Virus record (IMG/VR): IMGVR_UViG_3300010354_000062 | Location: 1-64,000 of that record | Strand: one strand, 5' to 3' | Length of the DNA stretch: 64,000 nucleotides | Source of the DNA: a virus | In this document: one piece after another, positions 20,695 to 30,444 of the stretch | How the letters are laid out: each line of letters begins with the position of its first letter | How positions within the stretch are numbered: the stretch's first letter is position 1 | The notes under the pieces: model-generated | Seen by the model: the letters and a program-made list of their open reading frames with translations, nothing else | Told to the model about the DNA's origin: nothing | Databases searched by the model: none | Program-made: the position numbers and the translations under genes

Positions 20695-21654
20695 ATGGCT
20701 AGAAAAATTACAACAAGTCCAATGATGGATCAGCCTATTATGGGCAGTTTCAACATTGTGTCTAACACGTTGTCAACTTTAAGTACTAATGAATCTATGG
20801 TGCTTGATCCTAATGGATCCGGCATTGTAGAAAGCGATTCTCATATTGCAATTAGGAATCAACAGTCTTTAAGACTTCTTGAAGCCAGCGGTAACGGTAC
20901 AAACTATATTGCCATCCAGGCTGCTGCTAATATGACAGCCAATTACACAATAACTTGGCCTTCAGCAGTATCAGGGACAAACGGTTTCTTCCTGTCATCT
21001 GACACTTCGGGTAATTTAAGTTGGAGTTCAGCAGCAGGAGGTATTGCAGTATCAGATCCTGGTGCTAGTGCAACAGTACACTATCCATTCTTTGGAACTA
21101 ATGCTGGCTCTGTACCAACAACTTTTGGACCTAATGCAAGATCAAATTTATCTTTTGTACCTTCAACAGGTACATTGACAGCTACAATTTTTCAGGGTGC
21201 GCTGGACGGAAGTGCTTCCGGTGGCGGTACATTGACAATCCGCGGAACTTCTAGTGGTTCTAAAGCCACAGCGTCAGTGCTAATGACTGACGGTGTAGCA
21301 TCTTCAACAACTGCAACAGGTACTTTAGTTGTTACAGGCGGTGTTGGTATAAGTGGACAAATTACTGCTGCTACAATGGTAGAAACTTCTAGTATTGCAT
21401 TTAAAGAAAACGTAAATCCAATTACTGATGCACTCGACAAAATTATGATGTTAATGGGTGTGCAATATGATCGTAAAGACATGGACGCACATGAGGCAGG
21501 TTTGATTGCAGAAGATGTCTATAGAATTATTCCAGATGTTGTAAGTTTAGATCAGGACGGAAAACCATACGGAATTAAGTACACTAAACTAACTGCCTAT
21601 TTAGTTGAAGCTATTAAGACATTAAAGGTTGAAATTGACACACTTAAAGGTTGA
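20695..21654 (+). CDS. Tail fibre with C-terminal intramolecular chaperone (peptidase S74-like)
   Basis: ETSSIAFKENVNPI, GLIAEDV, IKYTKLTAYLVEAIK coiled-coil end; GTLVVTGGVGISG fibre repeat. Confidence 0.85.
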   Translation: MARKITTSPMMDQPIMGSFNIVSNTLSTLSTNESMVLDPNGSGIVESDSHIAIRNQQSLRLLEASGNGTNYIAIQAAANMTANYTITWPSAVSGTNGFFLSSDTSGNLSWSSAAGGIAVSDPGASATVHYPFFGTNAGSVPTTFGPNARSNLSFVPSTGTLTATIFQGALDGSASGGGTLTIRGTSSGSKATASVLMTDGVASSTTATGTLVVTGGVGISGQITAATMVETSSIAFKENVNPITDALDKIMMLMGVQYDRKDMDAHEAGLIAEDVYRIIPDVVSLDQDGKPYGIKYTKLTAYLVEAIKTLKVEIDTLKG

Positions 21655-21660
21655 TATTTA

Positions 21661-22686
21661 ATGGCAACACTAAAAAATCTTACAATCAATGACACTGGAT
21701 TTTTAAGATTACCTTCGGGAACAACTGCTGAAAGACCAGGAAGCCCGTTAGCTGGAATGATAAGGTATAATACTACCTTAGCAGCTAACGAAGTTTATAA
21801 TGGTACCGAGTGGCAAACTGTACAAGAACAAACAGTTGGTTCTACTAGCACAGGTGGAGCTATTACCACAACCGGCGGATTTAGAATTCATACCTTTACC
21901 AGCGGAACAAATACATTTACTCCTACAAAAACAGGTGTAGTTGATGTACTAGTAGTTGCTGGTGGCGGTGGTGGTCACAGTATTAGCGGAGGCGGCGGCG
22001 CCGGCGGTTATATTTTTGTTTCTGGCGTGCCAGTTGTTGCAGGTACTGCTTATCCAGCCGTAATAGGTACCGGTGGTAATGGATGTTCAAGCCATAGTGC
22101 CAATGATGCACAGTCCGGTAACCCATCTACATTTGGTGGTAGTACTCCGGTGGCTATAGTATCAACTGGTGGTGGTAGAGGAGCTCATTATCCTCCAGGC
22201 GGTCAACCATCTGCTGGAGGCGGATCAGGTGGTGGTGGACCAGGATGGAATGGCGGACCGGAAACTATTCATGCTGGTGGTACTGGCACGGCAGGTCAAG
22301 GACATCCAGGGGGTGTTGGAGCACATTACAACGGCACACCAACTGGTACACACTACGGTGGTGGTGGCGGTGGCGGAGCCGGAACTATGGGTTACGGACG
22401 TTCAAATCGTAATCAACAAGGTCGTGGTGGAGAAGGAATGGCATCTAATATTGGCGGCAGCGTCACATGGCGAGCAGGTGGAGGTGGTGGTGGATATCAT
22501 AGTCCCAGCCACGGAGTGTCGACACTTGCAGGTAGAGGAAGTTTAGGTAACACATTACCAGGACAAAATGGTCAAGCAGGTGGTACAAATCTTGGTGGTG
22601 GTGGTGGTGGCGGACCATATAGTCCAGAACCACAGGGTGGCGGACCAGGCGGACCAGGTGTAGTTATAGTTAGGTATAGAGGTTAA
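21661..22686 (+). CDS. Glycine-rich adhesin-like fibre protein 1
   Basis: N-terminal MATLKNLTINDTG..LPSGTT module; RIHTFT, VLVVAGGGGG, GGAGG, GVVIVRY motifs. Confidence 0.75.
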   Translation: MATLKNLTINDTGFLRLPSGTTAERPGSPLAGMIRYNTTLAANEVYNGTEWQTVQEQTVGSTSTGGAITTTGGFRIHTFTSGTNTFTPTKTGVVDVLVVAGGGGGHSISGGGGAGGYIFVSGVPVVAGTAYPAVIGTGGNGCSSHSANDAQSGNPSTFGGSTPVAIVSTGGGRGAHYPPGGQPSAGGGSGGGGPGWNGGPETIHAGGTGTAGQGHPGGVGAHYNGTPTGTHYGGGGGGGAGTMGYGRSNRNQQGRGGEGMASNIGGSVTWRAGGGGGGYHSPSHGVSTLAGRGSLGNTLPGQNGQAGGTNLGGGGGGGPYSPEPQGGGPGGPGVVIVRYRG

Positions 22687-22688
22687 TA

Positions 22689-23777
22689 ATGGCAACTTTA
22701 AAAAATGTTACAGTCAACGACACTGGTTTTGTACAAGTAGCCTCTGGTACTACCGCACAAAGAACATCAGCTAATGGCGATCTAAGATACAACAGTGAAA
22801 CTAATGAAGTTGAACAATATGTCAATGGTGCATGGCGTACAGTTGACGAATCAATTAGTGCAAGTTCGGGCACAACCATTGCCACAGGCGGTACAATTAC
22901 TACCGCAGGTGGATATCGTATACACACATTTACAACTTCTGGAACATTTAATGCTCCCTATACAGGTAGAGCTGAAGTTTTAGTTGTTGCTGGAGGTGGC
23001 GGTGGTGCACCTATTGGAGGTGGTGGTGGCGCGGGCGGTTATGTATTCACAGCATCAGTTCCAGTTGCAGGCGGAACTAATTATACAGTTACACGTGGTA
23101 ATGGCGGCAGCGGTGGCTTCCACCATTATTCAGATGAAGGACAAGCTGGCGGTCCAAGTTCGTTTGTAGGACCAACAGTATCAATTACAGCTACAGGTGG
23201 CGGCAAAGGCGGTTTTTATGGTAGCGGGTCGCCAATTCCTGCAATGAGCGGAGGATCAGGCGGTGGTGGCCCAGGCGGCAACGGTTCTTCGGGCACAACA
23301 TACACATCATATCCAGGAGAACATCCTGGTGGCACCGGTGTAATAGGCCAAGGGCATCCAGGCGGATACGGCCACCATGGTACCGGTCCGGGATATCCAA
23401 ATCCTGGTTGTCAAGGTTCAGGTGCTACACACGCTGGAGGATCAGGTGGCGGCGCGGGATCAAGAGGTATTAGTAGATATTCTAATTGGGTACGTTGTCA
23501 CGGAGGCCAAGGACTTACAAATGCAGTAAGCGGTAGTGCAGTAATTTATGCAGCAGGCGGAGCAGGCGGCACACACGTAAATCCTTATTACGGACACAGT
23601 CCTGATCCAGGTGGTGCCGGCGATGGCACCGGTAATAGCGGAACACACGGCGGCGCGGTGGCTACGGCAGGAGGAGCTAATCGTGGTGGTGGTGGTGGTG
23701 GTGGCGCACACCCAGGCGGAGAAAATCCAGCAGGTGCCGGCGGAACTGGCGTAGTCGTAGTTAGATACAGGGTATAA
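22689..23777 (+). CDS. Glycine-rich adhesin-like fibre protein 2
   Basis: Same scaffold motifs as 21661..22686 with different loops. Confidence 0.75.
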   Translation: MATLKNVTVNDTGFVQVASGTTAQRTSANGDLRYNSETNEVEQYVNGAWRTVDESISASSGTTIATGGTITTAGGYRIHTFTTSGTFNAPYTGRAEVLVVAGGGGGAPIGGGGGAGGYVFTASVPVAGGTNYTVTRGNGGSGGFHHYSDEGQAGGPSSFVGPTVSITATGGGKGGFYGSGSPIPAMSGGSGGGGPGGNGSSGTTYTSYPGEHPGGTGVIGQGHPGGYGHHGTGPGYPNPGCQGSGATHAGGSGGGAGSRGISRYSNWVRCHGGQGLTNAVSGSAVIYAAGGAGGTHVNPYYGHSPDPGGAGDGTGNSGTHGGAVATAGGANRGGGGGGGAHPGGENPAGAGGTGVVVVRYRV

Positions 23778-23779
23778 AA

Positions 23780-24976
23780 ATGGCAACACTTAAAAATTTA
23801 ACAGTAAACGACACAGGATTTATTAGATTACCACAGGGCACAACCGCTCAAAGACCTGGTTCGCCTGTAGCTGGTCAAATAAGATTTAATACTGATTATA
23901 GTAGAAACGAAGTCTATAATGGTTCAGCTTGGGTACTACTTGAGCACAGCGCATATGCTACGGGAGGCTCAGTGACTGCAAGTGGTGGTTATCGTATTCA
24001 TACTTTTACATCTGGCGCAACTACCTTTACTATGACCTATCCAGGAACTGTAGAAATTCTTGCAGTAGGGGCCGGTGGTGGTGGTGCCCAAATTGGTGGT
24101 GGTGGTGGCGCTGGTGGATTTATTTATGAATCTGGAACTAGTTTACCTGCTGGAAATTATACTGTCACTGTAGGCACTGGCGGAGATAGAGAAACACAAC
24201 ATAATGCTAATAATCAAAATCCTGGTAATCCTAGTAGTGTAGTTGGTCCAGGTATACCGCAAATGTATAATGCCATTGGTGGTGGTCGCGGTGCTTCTTA
24301 TACTTCTCAACACTCTGTGGTTAGATTATGTAATGGTGGCTCAGGTGGCGGCGGACCAGGCGGTCACAGCGGATCTGCAGGCGGTGAAGGTGGCTGGTGG
24401 CCACAGGCACCAGGCGGCCACGGAAATCAAGGTGCTGATCATCCGTGGTTAGCAGGCATGCCCAATGCTACTCTACAGGGAACACCAACTGGAAATAACA
24501 ACGACCATATTAGTATGGAAGGTAACGGTTATGGCAGCGGAATTATAGGTCAAGGACACCCTGGAGGATTTGGAGCTCACGGCGGTGGCTTTGGTTGGGC
24601 AGCAGGCAGTAACACTATTCACTGCGGTGGTGGTGGCGGCGGAGCAGGATCATCAGGTAAACCAACTTCAAGCGGCAACGAAATGGGAACAGGTGGCGCA
24701 GGACTAGCCAGCCAAATTACAGGTACATTAACAAGATATGCCGGCGGTGGTGGCGCAGGAACGCACGGCCCGGGTGGCTATGGACATTACGGACTCCAGG
24801 GTGCTCATGGAGGTGGCCTTAATTCTTTTGGTGGCGGTGAGGGCGGCACTGGTAGTGCAGCTGGACAAAATGGCGGCACAAACACCGGCGGCGGCGGCGG
24901 CGGCGGTTTCTGGGGTAATACGCAAAGCGGCTCGGGCGGCCCTGGATTAGTAGTTATTAGATATCGCGATCAATAA
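23780..24976 (+). CDS. Glycine-rich adhesin-like fibre protein 3
   Basis: Same scaffold with a long His/Trp/Asn-rich insertion. Confidence 0.75.
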   Translation: MATLKNLTVNDTGFIRLPQGTTAQRPGSPVAGQIRFNTDYSRNEVYNGSAWVLLEHSAYATGGSVTASGGYRIHTFTSGATTFTMTYPGTVEILAVGAGGGGAQIGGGGGAGGFIYESGTSLPAGNYTVTVGTGGDRETQHNANNQNPGNPSSVVGPGIPQMYNAIGGGRGASYTSQHSVVRLCNGGSGGGGPGGHSGSAGGEGGWWPQAPGGHGNQGADHPWLAGMPNATLQGTPTGNNNDHISMEGNGYGSGIIGQGHPGGFGAHGGGFGWAAGSNTIHCGGGGGGAGSSGKPTSSGNEMGTGGAGLASQITGTLTRYAGGGGAGTHGPGGYGHYGLQGAHGGGLNSFGGGEGGTGSAAGQNGGTNTGGGGGGGFWGNTQSGSGGPGLVVIRYRDQ

Positions 24977-25404
24977 TGCCTCAATTTAAAACAACACAAA
25001 ATATTCTCAAAGACTTTGGAGACGAAGTCTGGCACGATAATAATATGGACTCGGACAAAATTGTCCTACCACCAAGTCCAGATTGGAGCTACGATCGTGT
25101 GATGAACTTTGAAGACGTAGAAATTTGGGAAGTGCTTATAGAACGAGGTGGTGGTGTAGCTCTTTATGCAGCTTGGTGTCCCTACGCAGAATATTATATT
25201 ATAAGGCACAATTGGGGCGAAGATCTTGAAGCATTCTATGGTAGATTCGTACAGCCTCAAGTATTAGAAAGATTGGAACAACTGAAAATCCCACATAACA
25301 AAGATGCACATCTACGTTTTATGGATAAATTCAATGACAAAAACTACGGTGATATCAATAACGGTAGTTCACTTTACAGGTCTGGTGCTATTCAAAGTTT
25401 TTAA
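24976..25404 (+). CDS. Hypothetical protein coupled to Gly-rich gene 3
   Basis: TAATG stop/start overlap; Trp/Tyr-rich globular sequence. Confidence 0.65.
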   Translation: MPQFKTTQNILKDFGDEVWHDNNMDSDKIVLPPSPDWSYDRVMNFEDVEIWEVLIERGGGVALYAAWCPYAEYYIIRHNWGEDLEAFYGRFVQPQVLERLEQLKIPHNKDAHLRFMDKFNDKNYGDINNGSSLYRSGAIQSF

Positions 25405-25407
25405 ATA
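25402..25407 (+). promoter_or_regulatory. Late promoter core TAAATA, 4 nt before ATG
   Basis: taaata-atag-ATG(25412); no SD. Confidence 0.5.
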
Positions 25408-25411
25408 ATAG

Positions 25412-25990
25412 ATGCTTATTGAAAATATTTTTTCAAGTTTTCTAGCTTCAACATATATTCAACCAACAACCGAACTAATTGATTACGCCCTGTCAACGGT
25501 TAGCAACGATCAAAACAGTAGAAAGGACAAGGTAAATCAATCTAATTTTTTAGATTTAAGTGTTCCCCCCATTAAAGAAATAACAGATCAAGTACAAAGG
25601 CATTTCAACGATATTCATCTTAAGATTGGATTAGCCAAAACACATAGCCAAATAGTAAGCGAAGCATGGTTTAACATTGGAAACAATTTAAATATAGATT
25701 CGCCCCATTGTCATCCAGGAAGAGTGTTTTCGGCGGTATATTATCTCGCAACACATGATTACTGCGGAGATTTAATTTTTATAAACCCTAACGATAGTTT
25801 AGTGCATACTATTCATCCAACATTCGTTAAAAGCTATAATTGTTTTAATTCACATAATTTTAAAATTTGTCCTAGAACAGGGCTATTAGTTATTTTTCCT
25901 TCATACTTACAACACTATGTACGTCTTAATAGTGGTGGCGAAAGGATTTCTTTAGCATTTAATTCACAAATTACTGAAAAATGCCTCTAA
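25412..25990 (+). CDS. Fe(II)/2OG oxygenase-like protein (TIGR02466-type, HxH)
   Basis: PHCHP..FSAVYY, IFPSYLQHYV, RISLAFN. Confidence 0.85.
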   Translation: MLIENIFSSFLASTYIQPTTELIDYALSTVSNDQNSRKDKVNQSNFLDLSVPPIKEITDQVQRHFNDIHLKIGLAKTHSQIVSEAWFNIGNNLNIDSPHCHPGRVFSAVYYLATHDYCGDLIFINPNDSLVHTIHPTFVKSYNCFNSHNFKICPRTGLLVIFPSYLQHYVRLNSGGERISLAFNSQITEKCL

Positions 25991-26529
25991 TAAAAACCAA
26001 TCCTTATAATATCTATATTTTTGAACTTGATGCTATACCTAATGATACGCATCAAGAAATATATACATTAATTACTCAAGAATTTTACAAAAGCCTATTT
26101 GGATATTACGGCGGCCGTAATGTATGTTTAGACTACATTGATAATTTAATCGTCAAGCAATTTACTCATCAGCTCTATGATATTTTTTTAGAGTGCTCTA
26201 ACCAAATATTTGGAGAATTACAATTATTAGAAAACAATAATAGATCAAGTTGGGCTAATTTATCAAACGAAAATTACTATCTAGCCAACATACATAATCA
26301 TGAAAAAACAGCCACTATCAACGGAGTTTACTATTTTAATATGCTAGAAAATTATGGAGGTGAATTAGATTTTTACGATTTTGAAAAAAAAATAATACAT
26401 TCTATTATACCAAAACAAAATCAATTAATCATATTTCCAGGATCGTTATATCACAAAAATAGATTTTGTCATAGCGAACGTTTTAGAATTTCTATCAATA
26501 TAGAAATTTTGTGCGACAAAATTTTTTAA
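25981..26529 (+). CDS. Fe(II)/2OG oxygenase-like protein (HxH)
   Basis: IHNH...INGVYY, IFPGSLYH, RISINI. Confidence 0.8.
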   Translation: MPLIKTNPYNIYIFELDAIPNDTHQEIYTLITQEFYKSLFGYYGGRNVCLDYIDNLIVKQFTHQLYDIFLECSNQIFGELQLLENNNRSSWANLSNENYYLANIHNHEKTATINGVYYFNMLENYGGELDFYDFEKKIIHSIIPKQNQLIIFPGSLYHKNRFCHSERFRISINIEILCDKIF

Positions 26530-27116
26530 AAAAATTGCGTGTTAAAACTAATTGAAATTCTATCTTGATTTGTTAAATTTGTAGTTACTGAATGTTCTAA
26601 CCAACTAGGAAATATCAGCAACATACCTGTCTTTGGCTTGTAAGAAATAGTTGCACTATTGACTGCATTCCAATTTTCCACAATATATGGTGGTATATAA
26701 TTTAACATATAGTTTTCTCTATGAAAAATTATATCGCCACATATACCTTCCGGAACTTGAACATAATAAACTCCACTAAACAAGCTTCTTGGATGAGTAT
26801 GTTTAAGATTGTAACTGTATTTGTCGTTTACATTTATCCAAGAACTTTGTATAGATGTTACACAAGTTGATCTAAATCCCATAGATTTATGTACTTTTTG
26901 TAATTCTAAATTAATCAAATTTGTCAACTCAGTGTAAGATTCGTCTTTGTCAAAATCAAAACATTGCCATCCGCCTTGATACAAATTTTTTTGATGGCCA
27001 TCATTGGTCGCTTTTAATTTTTTTACGAATTCAATTAACGATTGATTATTTGCTTTAGGTAAACTAGTTTCCCATATGCAGTTAGAAAACCAAATTGTTT
27101 TTTCAAGGGGTCGCAT
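26526..27116 (-). CDS. Fe(II)/2OG oxygenase-like protein (TIGR02466-type, HxH)
   Basis: GGWQ, HTHPRSLFSGVYY, IFPSWLEHSV, RISISFN; ATG 27116 overlaps upstream TGA. Confidence 0.85.
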   Translation of the reverse strand: MRPLEKTIWFSNCIWETSLPKANNQSLIEFVKKLKATNDGHQKNLYQGGWQCFDFDKDESYTELTNLINLELQKVHKSMGFRSTCVTSIQSSWINVNDKYSYNLKHTHPRSLFSGVYYVQVPEGICGDIIFHRENYMLNYIPPYIVENWNAVNSATISYKPKTGMLLIFPSWLEHSVTTNLTNQDRISISFNTQFF

Positions 27117-27700
27117 CAAAAATTGTAATTAGTATTGAAAGCAATTGAAATGCGATCCTGGTTGGTAAAATTAGGACTTACAGAATGTTCAAACCAACTT
27201 GGAAAAATTAATAACATACCTGTTTGAATTTTGTAAGTTGCTGTACCGCTGGTTAAATCATTCCATTCTTCAACAATATAATCAGGAATATAACTTAATG
27301 GCAGATTATCTCTATGGAAAATTATATCGCCACAATCTCCTTCAGGTACACAGGCATAATAGACACCACTAAACAAGCTTCTTGGATGTAGGTGTTTTAA
27401 ATTAAAACTCTGTGGAGGATTTATATTAATCCACGACCCTTCTATGTAAGATGGAAAGTTTTCCTTTAACCCCATAGACAAATGAACATCCATAACTAAA
27501 TTATTACATACATTAATTAGATTCAAATAAGCCTGATTTGGGTTCTCAATATCGTAACATTGCCAACCTCCTCGATTTGACTTTGTTGTACCTGGCTTAT
27601 TTGCCTTTAAATTATAGGCATACTCAATTATAGCCTCATTATCTATGTTATCTAATACAGTTTCCCATACAGGTGTTCCAAACCATTTATTTGCTATCAT
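27116..27700 (-). CDS. Fe(II)/2OG oxygenase-like protein (TIGR02466-type, HxH)
   Basis: SNRGGWQ, HLHPRSLFSGVYY, IFPSWFEHSV, RISIAFN. Confidence 0.85.
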   Translation of the reverse strand: MIANKWFGTPVWETVLDNIDNEAIIEYAYNLKANKPGTTKSNRGGWQCYDIENPNQAYLNLINVCNNLVMDVHLSMGLKENFPSYIEGSWININPPQSFNLKHLHPRSLFSGVYYACVPEGDCGDIIFHRDNLPLSYIPDYIVEEWNDLTSGTATYKIQTGMLLIFPSWFEHSVSPNFTNQDRISIAFNTNYNF

Positions 27701-27704
27701 ATTT

Positions 27705-28292
27705 TTAATTAAAATTAAAGTTTATCGTAATCCTTGTATTAGTGTTTATAGGATTACTACCCGAATGATATTGAAATCCGTCAATATGTAATAAGGTATT
27801 TGCCACAGGTTTTATTCTTTGTTTAATTGGTAAAGACATTGATGAATTTTTTTGATAATCGTCACCCTTACTGTACATTTTATCAAATATTACGGTATCT
27901 CCGTCGCTGTCATTAAGATAATATATAAGTGTTTGATGCTCTTTGAATCCGTCGATGTGAGCTCCGTTATACATTTCTGGTTTATTGCCTATAACAGGCA
28001 CTTGAAGATTTATTTTTATTCTTAAAAAGTTATTAATTTTTATATTTGCTTGATGCTGAAAGTTTTCAACAATTGGACCCATTAAAGAAATAAGTTCAGA
28101 TACTTTGCCCCTTTCAGTGTCCCATACTGTGTGAGTAAAGCCAAAACTTGGAAAGGCCTTAGCATCTTTGGTATGACCGTTAAAATTCAAAAAAGCAATA
28201 TCGGGCTGGTAATACCAAGGAAAATCAACTCCAGTAATTACTTGATATAATTTATTATAGTTGTTTTCAGTTAATATTTTTTCGTAAATCAT
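27705..28292 (-). CDS. Fe(II)/2OG oxygenase (HxD)
   Basis: HID, IYYLNDSDGDT, YHSG, RITINFN. Confidence 0.8.
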   Translation of the reverse strand: MIYEKILTENNYNKLYQVITGVDFPWYYQPDIAFLNFNGHTKDAKAFPSFGFTHTVWDTERGKVSELISLMGPIVENFQHQANIKINNFLRIKINLQVPVIGNKPEMYNGAHIDGFKEHQTLIYYLNDSDGDTVIFDKMYSKGDDYQKNSSMSLPIKQRIKPVANTLLHIDGFQYHSGSNPINTNTRITINFNFN

Positions 28293-28879
28293 ACAAAATT
28301 AAAATTAATTACATATCTGTGTTGCGATACACTTGGATTACTACTTGCATGATACCTAAAGCAGTCAAAAAATACTCCTGTGCCTTTTTTAGGAGATACT
28401 TTATCAGCAATAGTAAAAGTGTCAGGAATAGTATTAAAATCGTCATACTCATTAAACAAAAAAGTATCGCCGTCTGCATCATTTATGTAATATACAAACG
28501 CTTTCTCTCCGCTCCCACGATCTGAATGCGGAAAATTATAGTTAAATTCTTTGAACGTCTTATCTCTTAATAGTAAATTAATTTTAATTCTAGTAATCTT
28601 ATTAATTGTAATCCCTGCATTTTCAGCAAAAATATAAAGCACTGGATATATAAATCCGTGAAGATTAGAAACAATGTGTCCTTCATCTAAAACACTATGA
28701 GTAAATTGGCCGTTTTCTATTATATTAGAATTTTTAGATAATTTTAAATAATGTTCTAAAAACGGATCCGTGTCTGCGTAAGAAGTATTTGGAGCATAGT
28801 AATAGGGAATTTCTGTAACTATCTTTTCTAAATCATCTTCATATTTTTTAGGGAGACATTTATCTAATTTAACAATCAT
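28289..28879 (-). CDS. Fe(II)/2OG oxygenase (HxD)
   Basis: PHSD, VYYINDADGDT, YHAS, RYVINFN. Confidence 0.8.
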   Translation of the reverse strand: MIVKLDKCLPKKYEDDLEKIVTEIPYYYAPNTSYADTDPFLEHYLKLSKNSNIIENGQFTHSVLDEGHIVSNLHGFIYPVLYIFAENAGITINKITRIKINLLLRDKTFKEFNYNFPHSDRGSGEKAFVYYINDADGDTFLFNEYDDFNTIPDTFTIADKVSPKKGTGVFFDCFRYHASSNPSVSQHRYVINFNFV

Positions 28880-30444
28880 GAATTGTCCTTCATATATTGT
28901 ATAAATGAATAATGATCAGCCAACAACGGCAAGTTTAAGTTCACGTTTTTAAAATATTGATGTTTTAATAGATCGTAATCTTCTTTTCTTTTACCATGAT
29001 AAAATGATTCAAATAATTTTTTAGCATGATCTGGATTGAAAAACTGTTGCCCATTACCGCAGGCTAAGAAACTTTTTGCTGCCCAATCTAAACCAATGTT
29101 TGAAAACATGTCATAACTTGGTATAGTATACTTAGATTCTTCTATTAATTTGTGCAACGATTCCGGAATCTTATTATCTACTGTAAAGTTTCGCCAAAAA
29201 TCTGTATCATCTCTTTTTGTTATATAATGAAAGTAAACAAAGCCCAGAGTATTATCATTCATATCAGTATGTCGCTGGTTGACTTTGTCTCTGGCCATTT
29301 GATCGTCGTGTGTAATAGCAGAAGGATTTTCAATCCAAGCATTCAACATCATTAACGAAGTCCAAATTGATGTAGCTTCTAATGGTTCAATAAATCCCGA
29401 GCTTAATCCTACGGCCAGACAATTTTTTTCGTATATTTTTTCATATCGTCCTGGTTCAAAATTAAGCAGTCTTGGAACTTCAACTTCAATGCCAATTTCT
29501 TGATCCAATTCTTTTTTAGCCTCTTCGTCAGATATTCTATCACTGTCGTAGACATAACCGCATCCGTAGCGTCCCTGCACCGGTATTTTCCATACCCACC
29601 CCCACTTCATTGCAGTTGATTCTGTGTAAGGTGGAATGATTTCTGAGTTGTTTGGAATAAAGAAAGGCATTGCTCTTTTAGCAGGCAAATATTCTTTGTA
29701 ACTTTTCCAAGGTGTTTTATAGAGATTGCCTATGATTAATCTTTTAAATCCTGAACAATCAAATACAAAGTCACATTCTATTTTGCTAGATCCAATGTTA
29801 ACTGATGTAATGTTTCCGCTATCGTCTACAGTAAAGTCAGTAACAACGCCATCTACTACAGTGATACTTCTTTCTCTTCCTATGTTTTCAAAACAATTAG
29901 CCAGCAGGTTAGCATCAAAATGTAATGCTGTTCTGCCTAGTCTAGTAAAATGTAAAATAGGATCTAGAGTTTTTGTAGAAGCATCTGAGTTTGGTACAAA
30001 GCGTACACAATTTCTATCACAGGCATGTGAATTAAAATCAATACCGTTAATGGATCCGCCGCTGGCAATAACCTCAAGATCCATCAACGGATATTTGGTA
30101 TGATGAACTTCACTTAATATAGTATGATCTAGGCCAAAATTATCCATAAAAGGATGATAGTAGTAAGATCTATCGCCGTTCCAGTTTGAAAATTTTATAC
30201 CGTTTTTGAGTACAGCCTTGGCTTCTTTAATCACTCTGCTAACAGGAACATCAATTTCGTCTAAAAAATCTATGATATGGGGAGTTGTGCCTTCCCCTGC
30301 ACCCAATATTCCTATTTCGCTGCTTTGTATAACTGTTATTTGACTATCTGGATAGTTTGCTCGAACAAATAGTGCAGAAATCCAACCTGCACTTCCGCCG
30401 CCAACAATTACAAATTTAAAATTTTTGTCAATTGATTTCATCAT
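28876..30444 (-). CDS. Flavin-dependent halogenase (tryptophan halogenase/PrnA family)
   Basis: IVGGGSAGW FAD motif, GAGEGT, LKNGIKF (catalytic Lys position), HFDA, DCSGF, GWVWKIP, GFIEPLEATS. Confidence 0.9.
   Translation of the reverse strand: MMKSIDKNFKFVIVGGGSAGWISALFVRANYPDSQITVIQSSEIGILGAGEGTTPHIIDFLDEIDVPVSRVIKEAKAVLKNGIKFSNWNGDRSYYYHPFMDNFGLDHTILSEVHHTKYPLMDLEVIASGGSINGIDFNSHACDRNCVRFVPNSDASTKTLDPILHFTRLGRTALHFDANLLANCFENIGRERSITVVDGVVTDFTVDDSGNITSVNIGSSKIECDFVFDCSGFKRLIIGNLYKTPWKSYKEYLPAKRAMPFFIPNNSEIIPPYTESTAMKWGWVWKIPVQGRYGCGYVYDSDRISDEEAKKELDQEIGIEVEVPRLLNFEPGRYEKIYEKNCLAVGLSSGFIEPLEATSIWTSLMMLNAWIENPSAITHDDQMARDKVNQRHTDMNDNTLGFVYFHYITKRDDTDFWRNFTVDNKIPESLHKLIEESKYTIPSYDMFSNIGLDWAAKSFLACGNGQQFFNPDHAKKLFESFYHGKRKEDYDLLKHQYFKNVNLNLPLLADHYSFIQYMKDNS

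Noticed and set aside
21661-24976. Collagen-like (Gly-X-Y) fibres as prolyl-hydroxylase substrates
   Set aside because: Glycines occur in runs (GGGGG, GGAGG), not a sustained Gly-X-Y period
20695-25404. Diversity-generating retroelement acting on the adhesins
   Set aside because: No reverse transcriptase and no template/variable repeat pair differing only at adenines was seen in the window
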